Of a DNA stretch of 64,000 bases, positions 27,430-36,478 are shown in pieces. Source of the stretch: a virus. A program made the translations under genes and the position numbers. Under the pieces are notes generated by a model that worked only from the letters and a program-made list of their open reading frames with translations, was not told the origin of the DNA and did no database searches. Numbering within the stretch: position 1 is the stretch's first letter; the number at the start of each line of letters is the position of its first letter. Where the stretch lies: the IMG/VR virus record IMGVR_UViG_3300014613_000001, positions 96,001 through 160,000 of that record; one strand, 5' to 3'.

Positions 27430-30400
27430 ATGGCAGCCATCGCAGAGCTCCCGCAGCCGGGAGTCAAAGTCATTCAGGAATACACGGCGTCGGCGCCGAC
27501 CATTGTGGTACCGACACTGGCCCCGGTCATCGTTGGTGCGTGCTACGAGATCAACGAGCTGACCGATACAGACGGGGCACTCAACGCTGAGATCCTCGTG
27601 TCGGGTCCCGCTATCGCCACAGCGCCGAACGATGATGCCAGTTATACGGCGATGTCGGCGAAGACTCTGCTGGTCAGGGTCAGCGGAGGTCCGATCCAGA
27701 CCTTCACGATGCCGGCGACCGCGTCGCTCACGGCGACTCAGGTTGCGGCGGCCATCAACGGCGCCAGCGTGGCTCCGGTTGGGTTTGCTGCCTATGTCTA
27801 CCAGGACGTTGCCTCGGATGATTTTCTCCAGCTGCGGACTACCGCTTCGGGCTCGAATGTCACTCTCACGATCGTGGGCGGGACACTGCTCGATGCTCCG
27901 AACCAACTCGGCTGGGGAAAGGGGTACACCTACTACGGACTCGGGACCTACATCCAAGATCAGGTCTACCTGAAGCAGGAGTCCTTCCCTGATCCACTGG
28001 ATATCGGCGACGAGCGCGACATCATCGAGGCCTCTATCCGGGTGTTCGTGGACCTATCTACTGAGAGTCGGGAGATTCTGCGCACGGAGTCTTTTCTCCG
28101 GGGTGACAACTACAACGTCGCCCTCAACTACGGCGTCATGGCCGTGGACGACGGAGACGGGGATCAGACCACGCCGTACGTGAAGCTCCTCGGCACGGGC
28201 GGGGCGATCCCGAACCTCTTGGCAGCCCCCGGGTCAGCGGTCGTCACGAGCACGGTGGTCGACTACACCGCGGACCTGCTGGACATCAACAACAAGACCC
28301 TGATCCTCCAGCTCAACGGATCCGGCAAGCAGACCGTGGTCTTTCAAGGTGACCCGGTCGTCTCCGAAGCGGTCGGCGCGCTCATCCCCTACACGGGGAC
28401 GATCACCATGACCGTCAACGGGGTCACCGGTGTTGCCGTCAGTGTTGTGGCCGCGGGCTCTCTGGCTGCTCTCGTGACGGCCATCAACACGGATGCGGGT
28501 GTCGTTGCACTCGGTGTGGGGTCCATCGCCTTCGCCGCAGATGCCAATGGCAACGCGGGCGCCACACATCTCGGTCTCCTGGTGGGCGCTAACCCGCTGG
28601 CCCCCGTGGACAACAGTGACGTCAAGGTCACGGCCGAGACCGGAGCAGCATTGTTCTTGGCTCCGAGCCTACCCTACCAGCAGACACTGCAGATCGGTGG
28701 AGCCGGACCTCGAGATACAGCGTGGGGCCAGATCAACAACGTCATGGGCGTCACTCTCGGAGCGCTCTCCGCGACGAACATGACGCTGACCAGCGCGACC
28801 TCGGGCTACGAGTCGAAGATCGAGATCGACTCGTTGAGCACGGCGCTGACTGCTCTCGGTCTGGCGGCTGGTTCGACCTATGGAGCTCCGTTCGTCACCC
28901 GTGTCGGTGACTACTTGTACGGAAACGGGACCTTGGTCGGCATGGTCACAGAGGTTCATGCCGGCGGTGTCTCGGGCAGACTGAAGTTGGATCGTGAGGT
29001 GCTGCTGACTCTCACGGCCAAGTTCTGGTACATCATCTCCAAGAACCTGGACACGGTGGTCTCGACCCAGTGGGGCGTTAGCGTCCCGATTCCTGATCTT
29101 CGCCTCGATACGAACGGGGATGTGCTGATCAAGCACGACTTCCTTCGCGACACCGGAGGTGCCCCTGTCGGGGTGACTTCGGTGAACGCCTACTGCATGT
29201 ACAGCGCGCTGCGAACGGACGTGTCTCCTGCCGCAGCCAGCCCGGCGCTTCTCAGCTTCTCGGACTACGACGACCTCGAGGCTGCGCTGCCTCCGGTCAC
29301 CCCGGACAACCCGCTCTCCTACGGGCTCTACGTAGCCATGCAGAACTGTCCCGGGTGCGAGGTCTACGGAACCGGTGTCTCGGCGATCTCGGCTGACGCA
29401 CCCTACGGAACCACGGCGGCGTTCTCTTCGGCCCTCGATTTCCTCGAGAGCAAAGAGGTCTATGGTATCGCCTGCATGACTTCCGAGCCCGACGTCGCCT
29501 CGATTCTCTACACTCATGTCGAGGCCATGAGCGAGCCCGATCAAAAGATGGAGCGCATCGGTGTCATCCATCTGGGCCTGCCGACCAGTGAGTTGAGCAC
29601 GATCGTCATCTCCGGAAGCGATGGAGATTACGTGGCGGGTCCAGCCTTCGATACGAAGATGGCGTCCCTGTCTGCTGCTCTGTTGGCAGAGGGTATCGAC
29701 CCGACCAACATCACGGTCTCGGATGGGGTCTTCCTCGACATCGCCGAAGACGACTACAAGTGGAACATCACAGGGCCGCTCATCACCGGTACTACGGTGT
29801 CGATCAACACGACTTTCGCAGCCGGTGAGAACGACGATGCCTACTACGCGACCGGCACATTCCCGATCACTCTGGTGAGCGAGACTTTCAGTGTGAGCAT
29901 CCGTGGGGCAGCCATCACAACCAAGGCCAAGGAAGTGGAGACGGTCTACAACCGTGGTCAGAGCTTCTCCAGCCGCAGAATCTGGATGGTTCAGTGCGAC
30001 GAGCTTCGAGCCAGTGTCGACGGAGTGGACTCGGCCATCGAAGGCTTCTACGGATGCGCCGCCAAGGTCGGCATGGTTGCCGGCCTGAACCCCGCGCTGC
30101 CGATGACCAACAGAAGCATCGCGGTCTTCACCGGGGTCACCGGGACGAAGGATCGATACAAGAACAGCGAGCTCAACCAGATGGCTGCTGGCGGGGCTGA
30201 CCTGATCATACAGGATTCGGCTGGCGCTTCTTGCTACTCGCGTATGCAGGTCACCACCAAGCTGACCAGCATCGCGGAGCGCGAGCAGAGTGTGGTGAAG
30301 GCCGTGGACTACTGCGCCAAGTTCTACCGTGCCACTCTGCGGCGCTACATCGGCAGCTACAACATCACCCAGTCCTTCCTCGATACCCTGTCGGCTGTCA

Positions 30401-30564
30401 CCGAGGCCCTGAGCCGGTGGTTGGTCGAAGAGGGCAAGGTTGTGGCCGGTGCGAACATGAGCAACCTTCTGCAGGACAGCGTCCAGACAGACACGGTTCT
30501 CGCAGATATCAGTTTGACGATGTTGTACCCGAATAACTATTTGCAAATTACTTTGCTGATATAG
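27430..30564 (+). CDS. Contractile tail sheath protein
   Basis: 1044 aa; N-terminal PGVKVIQE; C-terminal sheath-like segment (EQSVVKAVDY...YIGSYNIT). Confidence 0.85.
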   Translation: MAAIAELPQPGVKVIQEYTASAPTIVVPTLAPVIVGACYEINELTDTDGALNAEILVSGPAIATAPNDDASYTAMSAKTLLVRVSGGPIQTFTMPATASLTATQVAAAINGASVAPVGFAAYVYQDVASDDFLQLRTTASGSNVTLTIVGGTLLDAPNQLGWGKGYTYYGLGTYIQDQVYLKQESFPDPLDIGDERDIIEASIRVFVDLSTESREILRTESFLRGDNYNVALNYGVMAVDDGDGDQTTPYVKLLGTGGAIPNLLAAPGSAVVTSTVVDYTADLLDINNKTLILQLNGSGKQTVVFQGDPVVSEAVGALIPYTGTITMTVNGVTGVAVSVVAAGSLAALVTAINTDAGVVALGVGSIAFAADANGNAGATHLGLLVGANPLAPVDNSDVKVTAETGAALFLAPSLPYQQTLQIGGAGPRDTAWGQINNVMGVTLGALSATNMTLTSATSGYESKIEIDSLSTALTALGLAAGSTYGAPFVTRVGDYLYGNGTLVGMVTEVHAGGVSGRLKLDREVLLTLTAKFWYIISKNLDTVVSTQWGVSVPIPDLRLDTNGDVLIKHDFLRDTGGAPVGVTSVNAYCMYSALRTDVSPAAASPALLSFSDYDDLEAALPPVTPDNPLSYGLYVAMQNCPGCEVYGTGVSAISADAPYGTTAAFSSALDFLESKEVYGIACMTSEPDVASILYTHVEAMSEPDQKMERIGVIHLGLPTSELSTIVISGSDGDYVAGPAFDTKMASLSAALLAEGIDPTNITVSDGVFLDIAEDDYKWNITGPLITGTTVSINTTFAAGENDDAYYATGTFPITLVSETFSVSIRGAAITTKAKEVETVYNRGQSFSSRRIWMVQCDELRASVDGVDSAIEGFYGCAAKVGMVAGLNPALPMTNRSIAVFTGVTGTKDRYKNSELNQMAAGGADLIIQDSAGASCYSRMQVTTKLTSIAEREQSVVKAVDYCAKFYRATLRRYIGSYNITQSFLDTLSAVTEALSRWLVEEGKVVAGANMSNLLQDSVQTDTVLADISLTMLYPNNYLQITLLI

Positions 30565-30567
30565 CTA

Positions 30568-30597
30568 TTGCAATACAGTTATCCTGTGTAGTATAAT
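30568..30597 (+). promoter_or_regulatory. Sigma70-like promoter of the HNH gene
   Basis: TTGCAA-18 nt-TATAAT, then AGGAGG RBS and ATG 30635. Confidence 0.6.
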
Positions 30598-30634
30598 GCT
30601 CTTGTAGGCAAATTGTTGTCTGCAGGAGGATTAG

Positions 30635-31558
30635 ATGAAGGGTACCTGCAAAGTTGATGATTGCTCCAATCCTATCCGGTATGGCTCGGGTTTCTGCGCC
30701 AAGCATCACGCTCAATTCCAAAACAAAATCCTAGATAAAGACGGTTTGCAGCTGCGTCCTCTTCGAAGGACAGTGCAGCAAGAGACGTGCATTGCTCTTG
30801 GATGCTCAGGCAGTCCAATATCAAGGCAATTTTGCAATGCGCACTACAAGCAGTGGCGCAACGGAATTATCGACGAGAGTGGAGTGTCGATCCGGGAGGT
30901 GCAGGTAAAGCACATACAGATTGGGAGGTGCCTTGTTGCCGATTGCTCTGAAAAACAAAAATCAAGAGGGTTTTGTCGCAAGCATTACAGCCAGTGGAAG
31001 TACGGAATTATTGACGAAACGGGGAACCAGCTTAGGGAGCTAACTCGTGTTGGTACTTACGATGGCGCTTTGTGTAAGATTGATGGATGCAATGTCAATG
31101 CGAAGAGCCGAGGATTTTGTGAACGACATCATCAGCAGTTTCTACGGAGACGTATTGACATCGAGGGTAATGAGCTTCGAAAAAAGTGGGCTCGTCATCC
31201 GAGGAATGGATATAGATATGTTTCTGGAGGTTATGTAAAAATCATGGCTAAGAACCATCCAAACAAGGATAGAGACGGATATGTCTTTGAACATCGGCTT
31301 GTGATGGAAGAGCATCTCGAACGGCACCTTGATCCTACGGAACGGGTACACCACCTCAATGGGCAAAAAGATGACAATCGACTTGAGAATCTTCAGTTGA
31401 TGTCATCCATGCACGATCATCCTCCCTTCCTCGAGCATCTTGATGACATTGATTCTGCTGTGGATGTGCTCGATCAACTGATCAACAAAAATGTTACCAA
31501 TGGACCTGCGATCAAGGCTCGTTTGCAGAAGATAGCCAAGCGCTTGCCTACCAGATAG
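30635..31558 (+). mobile_element. Free-standing HNH homing endonuclease gene with four N-terminal CCCH zinc-finger-like repeats
   Basis: [10 protein letters not shown]...[16 protein letters not shown]; four CxxxxC...FCxxH repeats; lower GC than flanks; splits sheath from tube. Confidence 0.85.
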
Positions 31559-31569
31559 AATGGAGGTTG

Positions 31570-31578
31570 TGCTAGTAT
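31570..31578 (+). promoter_or_regulatory. Putative late promoter TGCTAGTAT for tail tube
   Basis: TGCTAnnnT motif 20 nt upstream of ATG 31599. Confidence 0.4.
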
Positions 31579-31598
31579 ACGAGAGGTAGGAGGCCACC

Positions 31599-32336
31599 AT
31601 GGCAGGACCGTTTGAGAGCTGGAACCCGATGAACCACTACGTCCAGAACGGGCTGACGGACGGTCGGTTCGTGGCGGGTGGGCTCACCATGATCGCTGCG
31701 GGGCCTCCGCGCCTCAAGCAGCTGGGAGGGGCGTCGGCGATCAGTCTCAGCGAGAATGATCGCGATATTGTCTATCCAATCGGCGTCACACAGAACTTCA
31801 ACCTGCAGCAGAACAAGCAGTTCATGCGGGTCTTCGAGCTTGGCAGCGAGCGTAGCTACTGGATCGGCGGTCGGGCGACCGGCAGTCTCCAGCTGTCTCG
31901 CGTGTACTACCACGGCATGTCTCTGCTTCGGATCCTGTATGCCTACTACCAGGATCTGGTAGGCGATGTGCAGGTTCCGTGGGTCTTCCCGAACCCTGGT
32001 GCCGACAACATGGACAACCCCCATGATGTCATCATCCCACCGGGGTACGAGAATTTGTTCTTGAACCTGGCGTCCGATCTGTTCAACCAGCCGATTGGGC
32101 TGCTGGTCTACATGAGGGACTCGAACCTCAACACGGTTGGCTCGATCTTCCTCGAGGGTGTGGTTATTCCGAACCACTCGTTCGCCACAGATGCTCAGGG
32201 GACCATCGTTCAGGAGTCGGCCGGACTTCAGTTCGAGCGGATTGTGCCGGTCAACGTCGGCGGCCTGTCGCTGGTGAGCGGTCTCGTCGATGCTGTCGCC
32301 GGGATCGGAGCTGGTGCTGTTGGCCGCGCAGCATAG
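31599..32336 (+). CDS. Tail tube protein
   Basis: PIGVTQNFNLQQNK...VFELGS...LQLSRV pattern; follows sheath. Confidence 0.7.
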   Translation: MAGPFESWNPMNHYVQNGLTDGRFVAGGLTMIAAGPPRLKQLGGASAISLSENDRDIVYPIGVTQNFNLQQNKQFMRVFELGSERSYWIGGRATGSLQLSRVYYHGMSLLRILYAYYQDLVGDVQVPWVFPNPGADNMDNPHDVIIPPGYENLFLNLASDLFNQPIGLLVYMRDSNLNTVGSIFLEGVVIPNHSFATDAQGTIVQESAGLQFERIVPVNVGGLSLVSGLVDAVAGIGAGAVGRAA

Positions 32337-32344
32337 GGGCTGAC

Positions 32345-34039
32345 ATGGATCATCCTGCTACGATGGCGGAGCACCTCGAGCTGATGAGCCGCCTCCACTT
32401 CCAGAAGCTCGCCTCGACCTCGGCGAGAACTGCTGGTGCCCTCGAGATGGGGGTCTTGCTGGCCCGCTCCCCCGGACTGTCGAAGGAGGCAGCCCTTGGA
32501 GTAGGCGCCGTGAAATCCGTTGTCGGGGCTGCAAAAGCTCTGGTGAAAGCACCCGCGGCCGCAGGTGCTGTGAAGTCTGTGGCGGGAGTCGCTCCGAAAG
32601 CTGTCGGAGCTGTGAAGTCCGTGGCACGGATGCCGGCAAAGACGCTGGCGACTGGACGTCCGGCTATGCCGGTTATGCCGGCAAAGACTATGAGCTCCGC
32701 GGCACCTACTGGAATGACGGGGCCCAGCCCTGCTGTTCGTCCCGCCGTTCGTCCAGCCCCGGCTCCGTCCGCAGCTGATGCCCATATCCAGACTCTTCGA
32801 GACGCTGGCGTATCCGAAGAGCGCATCGCTGCCCTGAGCATGGCCTCTCAAGGTAAGGCCGTTCCACTGTCTGCAGCACAGTCCAACCAGCTTCGAGGGA
32901 TGGACGCGGCCGCAATGAAGGGATTCGGGAAGAACAAGATCCCCGCAGGCTCCTCGGCTTACAAGCAGAATCTTGGCCCCGTTCGTCCCAACGCTCCAGC
33001 AACGGTGAACGTAGCTCCTCCCAAAGCTCAACCGGCGAGACCTGTACCTCGGGACACCGTCTCGACTCCTCCTCAAACCATGGGGAGAGGAGCTCCACAA
33101 GCGGGGGCGGTTGCACCCACTCCACCTATGGCAGCCCCCAGTGCTGGGGTCGTAGCTCCTCCGGCTGCGCCAGCGCCACTTCCGATCAAAGCTCAACCGT
33201 CGCGGGTCATGCCTAGAGATACGATCACTACTCCTCCGCCGTCTGCGGTCGGTCCAGCTCCACAGGTTGCTGGCCCCCAGGCCGGCGCTGTCTCTCCCAC
33301 TCCTTCGATGGCTACTCCTGGCGCTGGCGCTGTTGTGCCGCCGCCCGCCGCCCCAGTAGCAGCAGCTCCGGCTTCTGCGGTCATTCCTCCGGCCGCTGCC
33401 CCGGCCAACGTGAATATGCCGTCCCAGACTCCCACAATGCTTGGTCGACCAGGCCCAGGCACTGGCGTGGTCATTCCTCCAGCCGCAGCGCCAGTGGCCG
33501 TAGCTCCTCCAGCTCAGGTAGTGCCGGCAGCGGCTGCTCCCGGGGCGGGGGCGGTAGCTCCTCCAGCTCGAGTGGTTCCGGCTAACGGGGGAGTTCCATC
33601 CCGCGTTGCCCCCGGATCAGCGAAGGCGAACAAGGGTGCGATGCAGAAGTACACTCCCGCGGAGGCGAAGAAGGTACGCGCTCAACTTCGTAAAGACATA
33701 GATGCAGATGTGGCCGCATCTGATCAACGCATGTTTGCCAGGACTGATCGGAACATTGCGGGTACAGCAGCTCCGGCAGCCCCGGCAGCCCCGGCAGCCC
33801 CAGCAGCTCCGAGTGCAGTTGTCCCTGCGGGTGAGGCGGCCGCGAAGCAGCCGTTTGGCAAGCGTGTCAACGCCATGATGCCCAACTTCGTGAAGTATCC
33901 GCTCTATGCTGGTGCTGCTGCTTTGGCGACTGCGCCAATGGCGGTAGGCATGGGGGCTCAAGCCCTCGCTCGGCCAACAGGACCGTACCAGTACGGGATG
34001 GGATCCTACATGCCCGGCAGCGTGGCCCAGCAGATGTAG
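32345..34039 (+). CDS. Pro/Ala-rich low-complexity protein with KxA motifs and C-terminal TM-like helix
   Basis: QKLAS, SKEAA; PAAP repeats; YPLYAGAAALATAPMAVGMG. Confidence 0.65.
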   Translation: MDHPATMAEHLELMSRLHFQKLASTSARTAGALEMGVLLARSPGLSKEAALGVGAVKSVVGAAKALVKAPAAAGAVKSVAGVAPKAVGAVKSVARMPAKTLATGRPAMPVMPAKTMSSAAPTGMTGPSPAVRPAVRPAPAPSAADAHIQTLRDAGVSEERIAALSMASQGKAVPLSAAQSNQLRGMDAAAMKGFGKNKIPAGSSAYKQNLGPVRPNAPATVNVAPPKAQPARPVPRDTVSTPPQTMGRGAPQAGAVAPTPPMAAPSAGVVAPPAAPAPLPIKAQPSRVMPRDTITTPPPSAVGPAPQVAGPQAGAVSPTPSMATPGAGAVVPPPAAPVAAAPASAVIPPAAAPANVNMPSQTPTMLGRPGPGTGVVIPPAAAPVAVAPPAQVVPAAAAPGAGAVAPPARVVPANGGVPSRVAPGSAKANKGAMQKYTPAEAKKVRAQLRKDIDADVAASDQRMFARTDRNIAGTAAPAAPAAPAAPAAPSAVVPAGEAAAKQPFGKRVNAMMPNFVKYPLYAGAAALATAPMAVGMGAQALARPTGPYQYGMGSYMPGSVAQQM

Positions 34040-34044
34040 TCCGC

Positions 34045-34521
34045 CTACTTCTTGTACCACTGACCGATATCGTCGAGACTTTTTAGCTGATCAAGATCGG
34101 GGAGTCGGAACTCCGAGGATCGCTGCGTGAATGAGAGCGGCTCAAGACCCTCATCGAGCTCTGAGGGGAGTTCGTCTTCGTGCCGAGCTACGGGAATGAT
34201 GGGCTTCGTCCTGGCTCGTGGTCTCGAGGCGTACTCGTCGACCAGGTCTGACACGTCTGCGCCATCTCCGCTGGCCGCTTGGAGTAGTCTGGTCAGCTCA
34301 TCCGCGTCCCAGAGGTCTGACTCTTGGAGAGCGAGCTCGGCGAACTCCTCATCCGTCAGACCGAGCGCGTTCTCCTGTCTCTTCTTTCGCACGATAGGCA
34401 CTGGACCGCGTATCAGCGTCTCCATGATCTCTTCCTGTGTACGCGGCCTGATGTACTCCATGAGGCCTTCTAGATCATCCGGTGGGGTTGGAGAGGTGAG
34501 GTAGCTGTCACTCTTCTTCAT
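34045..34521 (-). CDS. Acidic hypothetical protein
   Basis: 158-aa ORF converging on the structural operon. Confidence 0.55.
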   Translation of the reverse strand: MKKSDSYLTSPTPPDDLEGLMEYIRPRTQEEIMETLIRGPVPIVRKKRQENALGLTDEEFAELALQESDLWDADELTRLLQAASGDGADVSDLVDEYASRPRARTKPIIPVARHEDELPSELDEGLEPLSFTQRSSEFRLPDLDQLKSLDDIGQWYKK

Positions 34522-34738
34522 CGGGCCGAAGCCTCCAAAACCACTCTACCATGACAGGTGTTTTTTCTGTCTCTGACATGGTGCGCAGCTTGGCCCGGTG
34601 CTGTTCGATAAGCCCTTGGACCAGCTCATCGAGTGTCACGTCGAGATTGTACTGTGCTTTGATCCGTGCTCGCTCCTTCTCGAGAGTCTGCTCGCACCGG
34701 CGGTCGAGTTTGATCGTTACATAGAAGCGCCGAGTCAT
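34508..34738 (-). CDS. Ribbon-helix-helix-like DNA-binding protein
   Basis: N-terminal alternating strand RRFYVTIKL followed by two helices. Confidence 0.45.
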   Translation of the reverse strand: MTRRFYVTIKLDRRCEQTLEKERARIKAQYNLDVTLDELVQGLIEQHRAKLRTMSETEKTPVMVEWFWRLRPDEEE

Positions 34739-34741
34739 CGT

Positions 34742-34966
34742 CTACTGCTTGGGCGGCCGACCACGCCCGAAGAAGGTCGGCCCGGGCGGGACCGGCGTGT
34801 TCTTCTCATTCTTTATGATGCGTTCCCCCGCGGCGATCAGTGCGTCGGCCAAGTCGAAACACTGTTCGGGCCCATGGAGGAAGAGACCGGTGTCGGCATT
34901 GCCTTGTGTACCAGAGATCAGAATGACGAGCGCGTTTGTGCCGAAAACCCTGACACGCTGCTTCAT
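34742..34966 (-). CDS. Hypothetical protein
   Basis: RBS AAGGAG; first gene of leftward operon. Confidence 0.5.
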   Translation of the reverse strand: MKQRVRVFGTNALVILISGTQGNADTGLFLHGPEQCFDLADALIAAGERIIKNEKNTPVPPGPTFFGRGRPPKQ

Positions 34967-34995
34967 ATTCCCACTCCTTCTGCTGCTGCACTTGG

Positions 34996-35004
34996 ACTAT
35001 AGCA
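34996..35004 (-). promoter_or_regulatory. Leftward extended -10 promoter TGCTATAGT
   Basis: Identical 9-mer to that upstream of terL. Confidence 0.45.
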
Positions 35005-35049
35005 CGATTTTGATCTTCGACTACCTGGTGCAAACGAATATGATCCGGG

Positions 35050-35057
35050 GGTATAAG
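35050..35057 (+). promoter_or_regulatory. GGTATAAG motif (putative phage promoter class)
   Basis: Related 8-mers ending ATAAG lie upstream of several operons. Confidence 0.45.
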
Positions 35058-35091
35058 GGTCTGCGCCCGAGCAGAATCTAGGAGGTGATAT

Positions 35092-35397
35092 GTGATCGTG
35101 ATGTGCGTCGCGTGCGGGGCTCAGATTTATCGGTGTACGGTGATCGAGACCAAGGCGTCTGGAGATGTCGTGGACGCGTCAGATTTTGTGCCCATTGAGG
35201 AAGGAGTTCCACAACCAAAAGAAAATGACGAGATGCTGTGCCCTAAGTGTGATCAACCTTTTATGGGGAGATCGGGCGACGGCGGGTACGTGCTCAAGCT
35301 CGAAGGAGACCTATGGTGGCCCCATCCGCCGACATCCAAGTTGACATCGTCTGATGATCGTGATCAAACTAGAACTGTTCTGAAGGAGGAACGATGA
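35092..35397 (+). CDS. Zn-ribbon protein
   Basis: CVAC...CPKC; RBS AGGAGG, GTG start. Confidence 0.6.
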   Translation: MIVMCVACGAQIYRCTVIETKASGDVVDASDFVPIEEGVPQPKENDEMLCPKCDQPFMGRSGDGGYVLKLEGDLWWPHPPTSKLTSSDDRDQTRTVLKEER

Positions 35398-36056
35398 ACG
35401 ACAGAAGTGCAGAACTGCGGGAGAAGTTGGAGCGGTCGAGGGGTCGGCTGTCAGCCGTCCGTCACAGTGGGGGATCAAAGTCCGAGGAGGAAGAGGAGAC
35501 GCCGCCGGGAGGGAACGGAAAGTCGACAGAGACCGTATCCGAGCTCATGCCGGAGGTCTCGACGAAGACCGACGCGGTGACGCCGGCCAAGCGACGTGGT
35601 CCCTCGAAGAAGGATCCGAAACCGAAGAAGGATCCGAAGCCAAAGAAGGATCCGAAGCCAAAGAAGACCGCGGCTCGGCCTTTGAAAGCCCCGGCGAAGA
35701 TCAAGAACCCTTCGAGCTCGGACATGACCGTGAAGCGTGAGGTCGAAATCGTCGAGGGCATCTCCGAGTTGGCGACTCGTCAAGATCGAGATGAGAAGAC
35801 GGGCCTCACGTCCTTCCAGGTCGAGGTCGTGCGGCTGCTCGAGCAACACGGCGCGATTCACATCCAGAACCTTCTGCACATGATCTGGACCCCAGCTCAG
35901 GTCGCGCAGAAGAAGGGTGAGATCGACTGCATGCGGGTGCTGCGCAACGCAGTCCGTACCCCCGTGTCCACCGGTATGCTGGCTCGATGCGGGGCTGGCG
36001 TCTATCAGTTCGTGGGCTGGGGCACCGTCAAGCGGCGGCACGGTCGACAGAAGTAG
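35394..36056 (+). CDS. Basic protein with KKDPKP repeats and C-terminal winged-helix-like domain
   Basis: ORF with RBS; Lys/Pro-rich linker. Confidence 0.55.
   Translation: MNDRSAELREKLERSRGRLSAVRHSGGSKSEEEEETPPGGNGKSTETVSELMPEVSTKTDAVTPAKRRGPSKKDPKPKKDPKPKKDPKPKKTAARPLKAPAKIKNPSSSDMTVKREVEIVEGISELATRQDRDEKTGLTSFQVEVVRLLEQHGAIHIQNLLHMIWTPAQVAQKKGEIDCMRVLRNAVRTPVSTGMLARCGAGVYQFVGWGTVKRRHGRQK
35607..35666 (+). repeat. 18-bp coding tandem repeat x3.3 (KKDPKP)
   Basis: AAGAAGGATCCGAA(A/G)CC(G/A) repeated. Confidence 0.9.
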
Positions 36057-36121
36057 CGCTGCCTGAACCAGGGTCGGTGGGCCGCTTCGGCGGCCCCCGG
36101 CCTTCTCACCTGGGGTACGAA

Positions 36122-36478
36122 ATGAAGATTGCTAAACTCACAAAAGAAGAGATCGAGCAGATTGCGGTTATTCTCCAGATACGTGATTCGGTGTGGGGAG
36201 AGCTGGCGGGAGAGGTGGCTCGAATCGTCGACCGAAGTAACGAGGCGTATGGACAATCGACCATAAAGAGTGCGCAGCTTATGGCCATCCTTTGGCCCCA
36301 CGGGATACCAATCGAGCAGTACCATGACGCTCGGTGCATCATCTCGATCCTGGACAAGATCGCCAGGGTTATAACTGACAAGGATGCGTTCGGTGAGAGC
36401 CCGTGGCGCGACGTTATCGGATATGCGCTACTTGCTTACTACTACGACCTTCTTCGCAATACAAAGAGGGAACGATGA
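36122..36478 (+). CDS. DUF1599-like (nucleotide-modification-associated, alpha-helical) protein
   Basis: YGQS...ILDKIAR...ESPWRDVIGYALL pattern. Confidence 0.55.
   Translation: MKIAKLTKEEIEQIAVILQIRDSVWGELAGEVARIVDRSNEAYGQSTIKSAQLMAILWPHGIPIEQYHDARCIISILDKIARVITDKDAFGESPWRDVIGYALLAYYYDLLRNTKRER

Noticed and set aside
28669-30546. Long antisense or alternate-frame ORFs (e.g. 28669-30546 -, 19053-20165 -, 17046-18596 -, 21534-23216 +, 49034-50236 -)
   Set aside because: They shadow well-supported genes with strong GC3 bias, lack RBS and motifs, and are expected in high-GC coding DNA.
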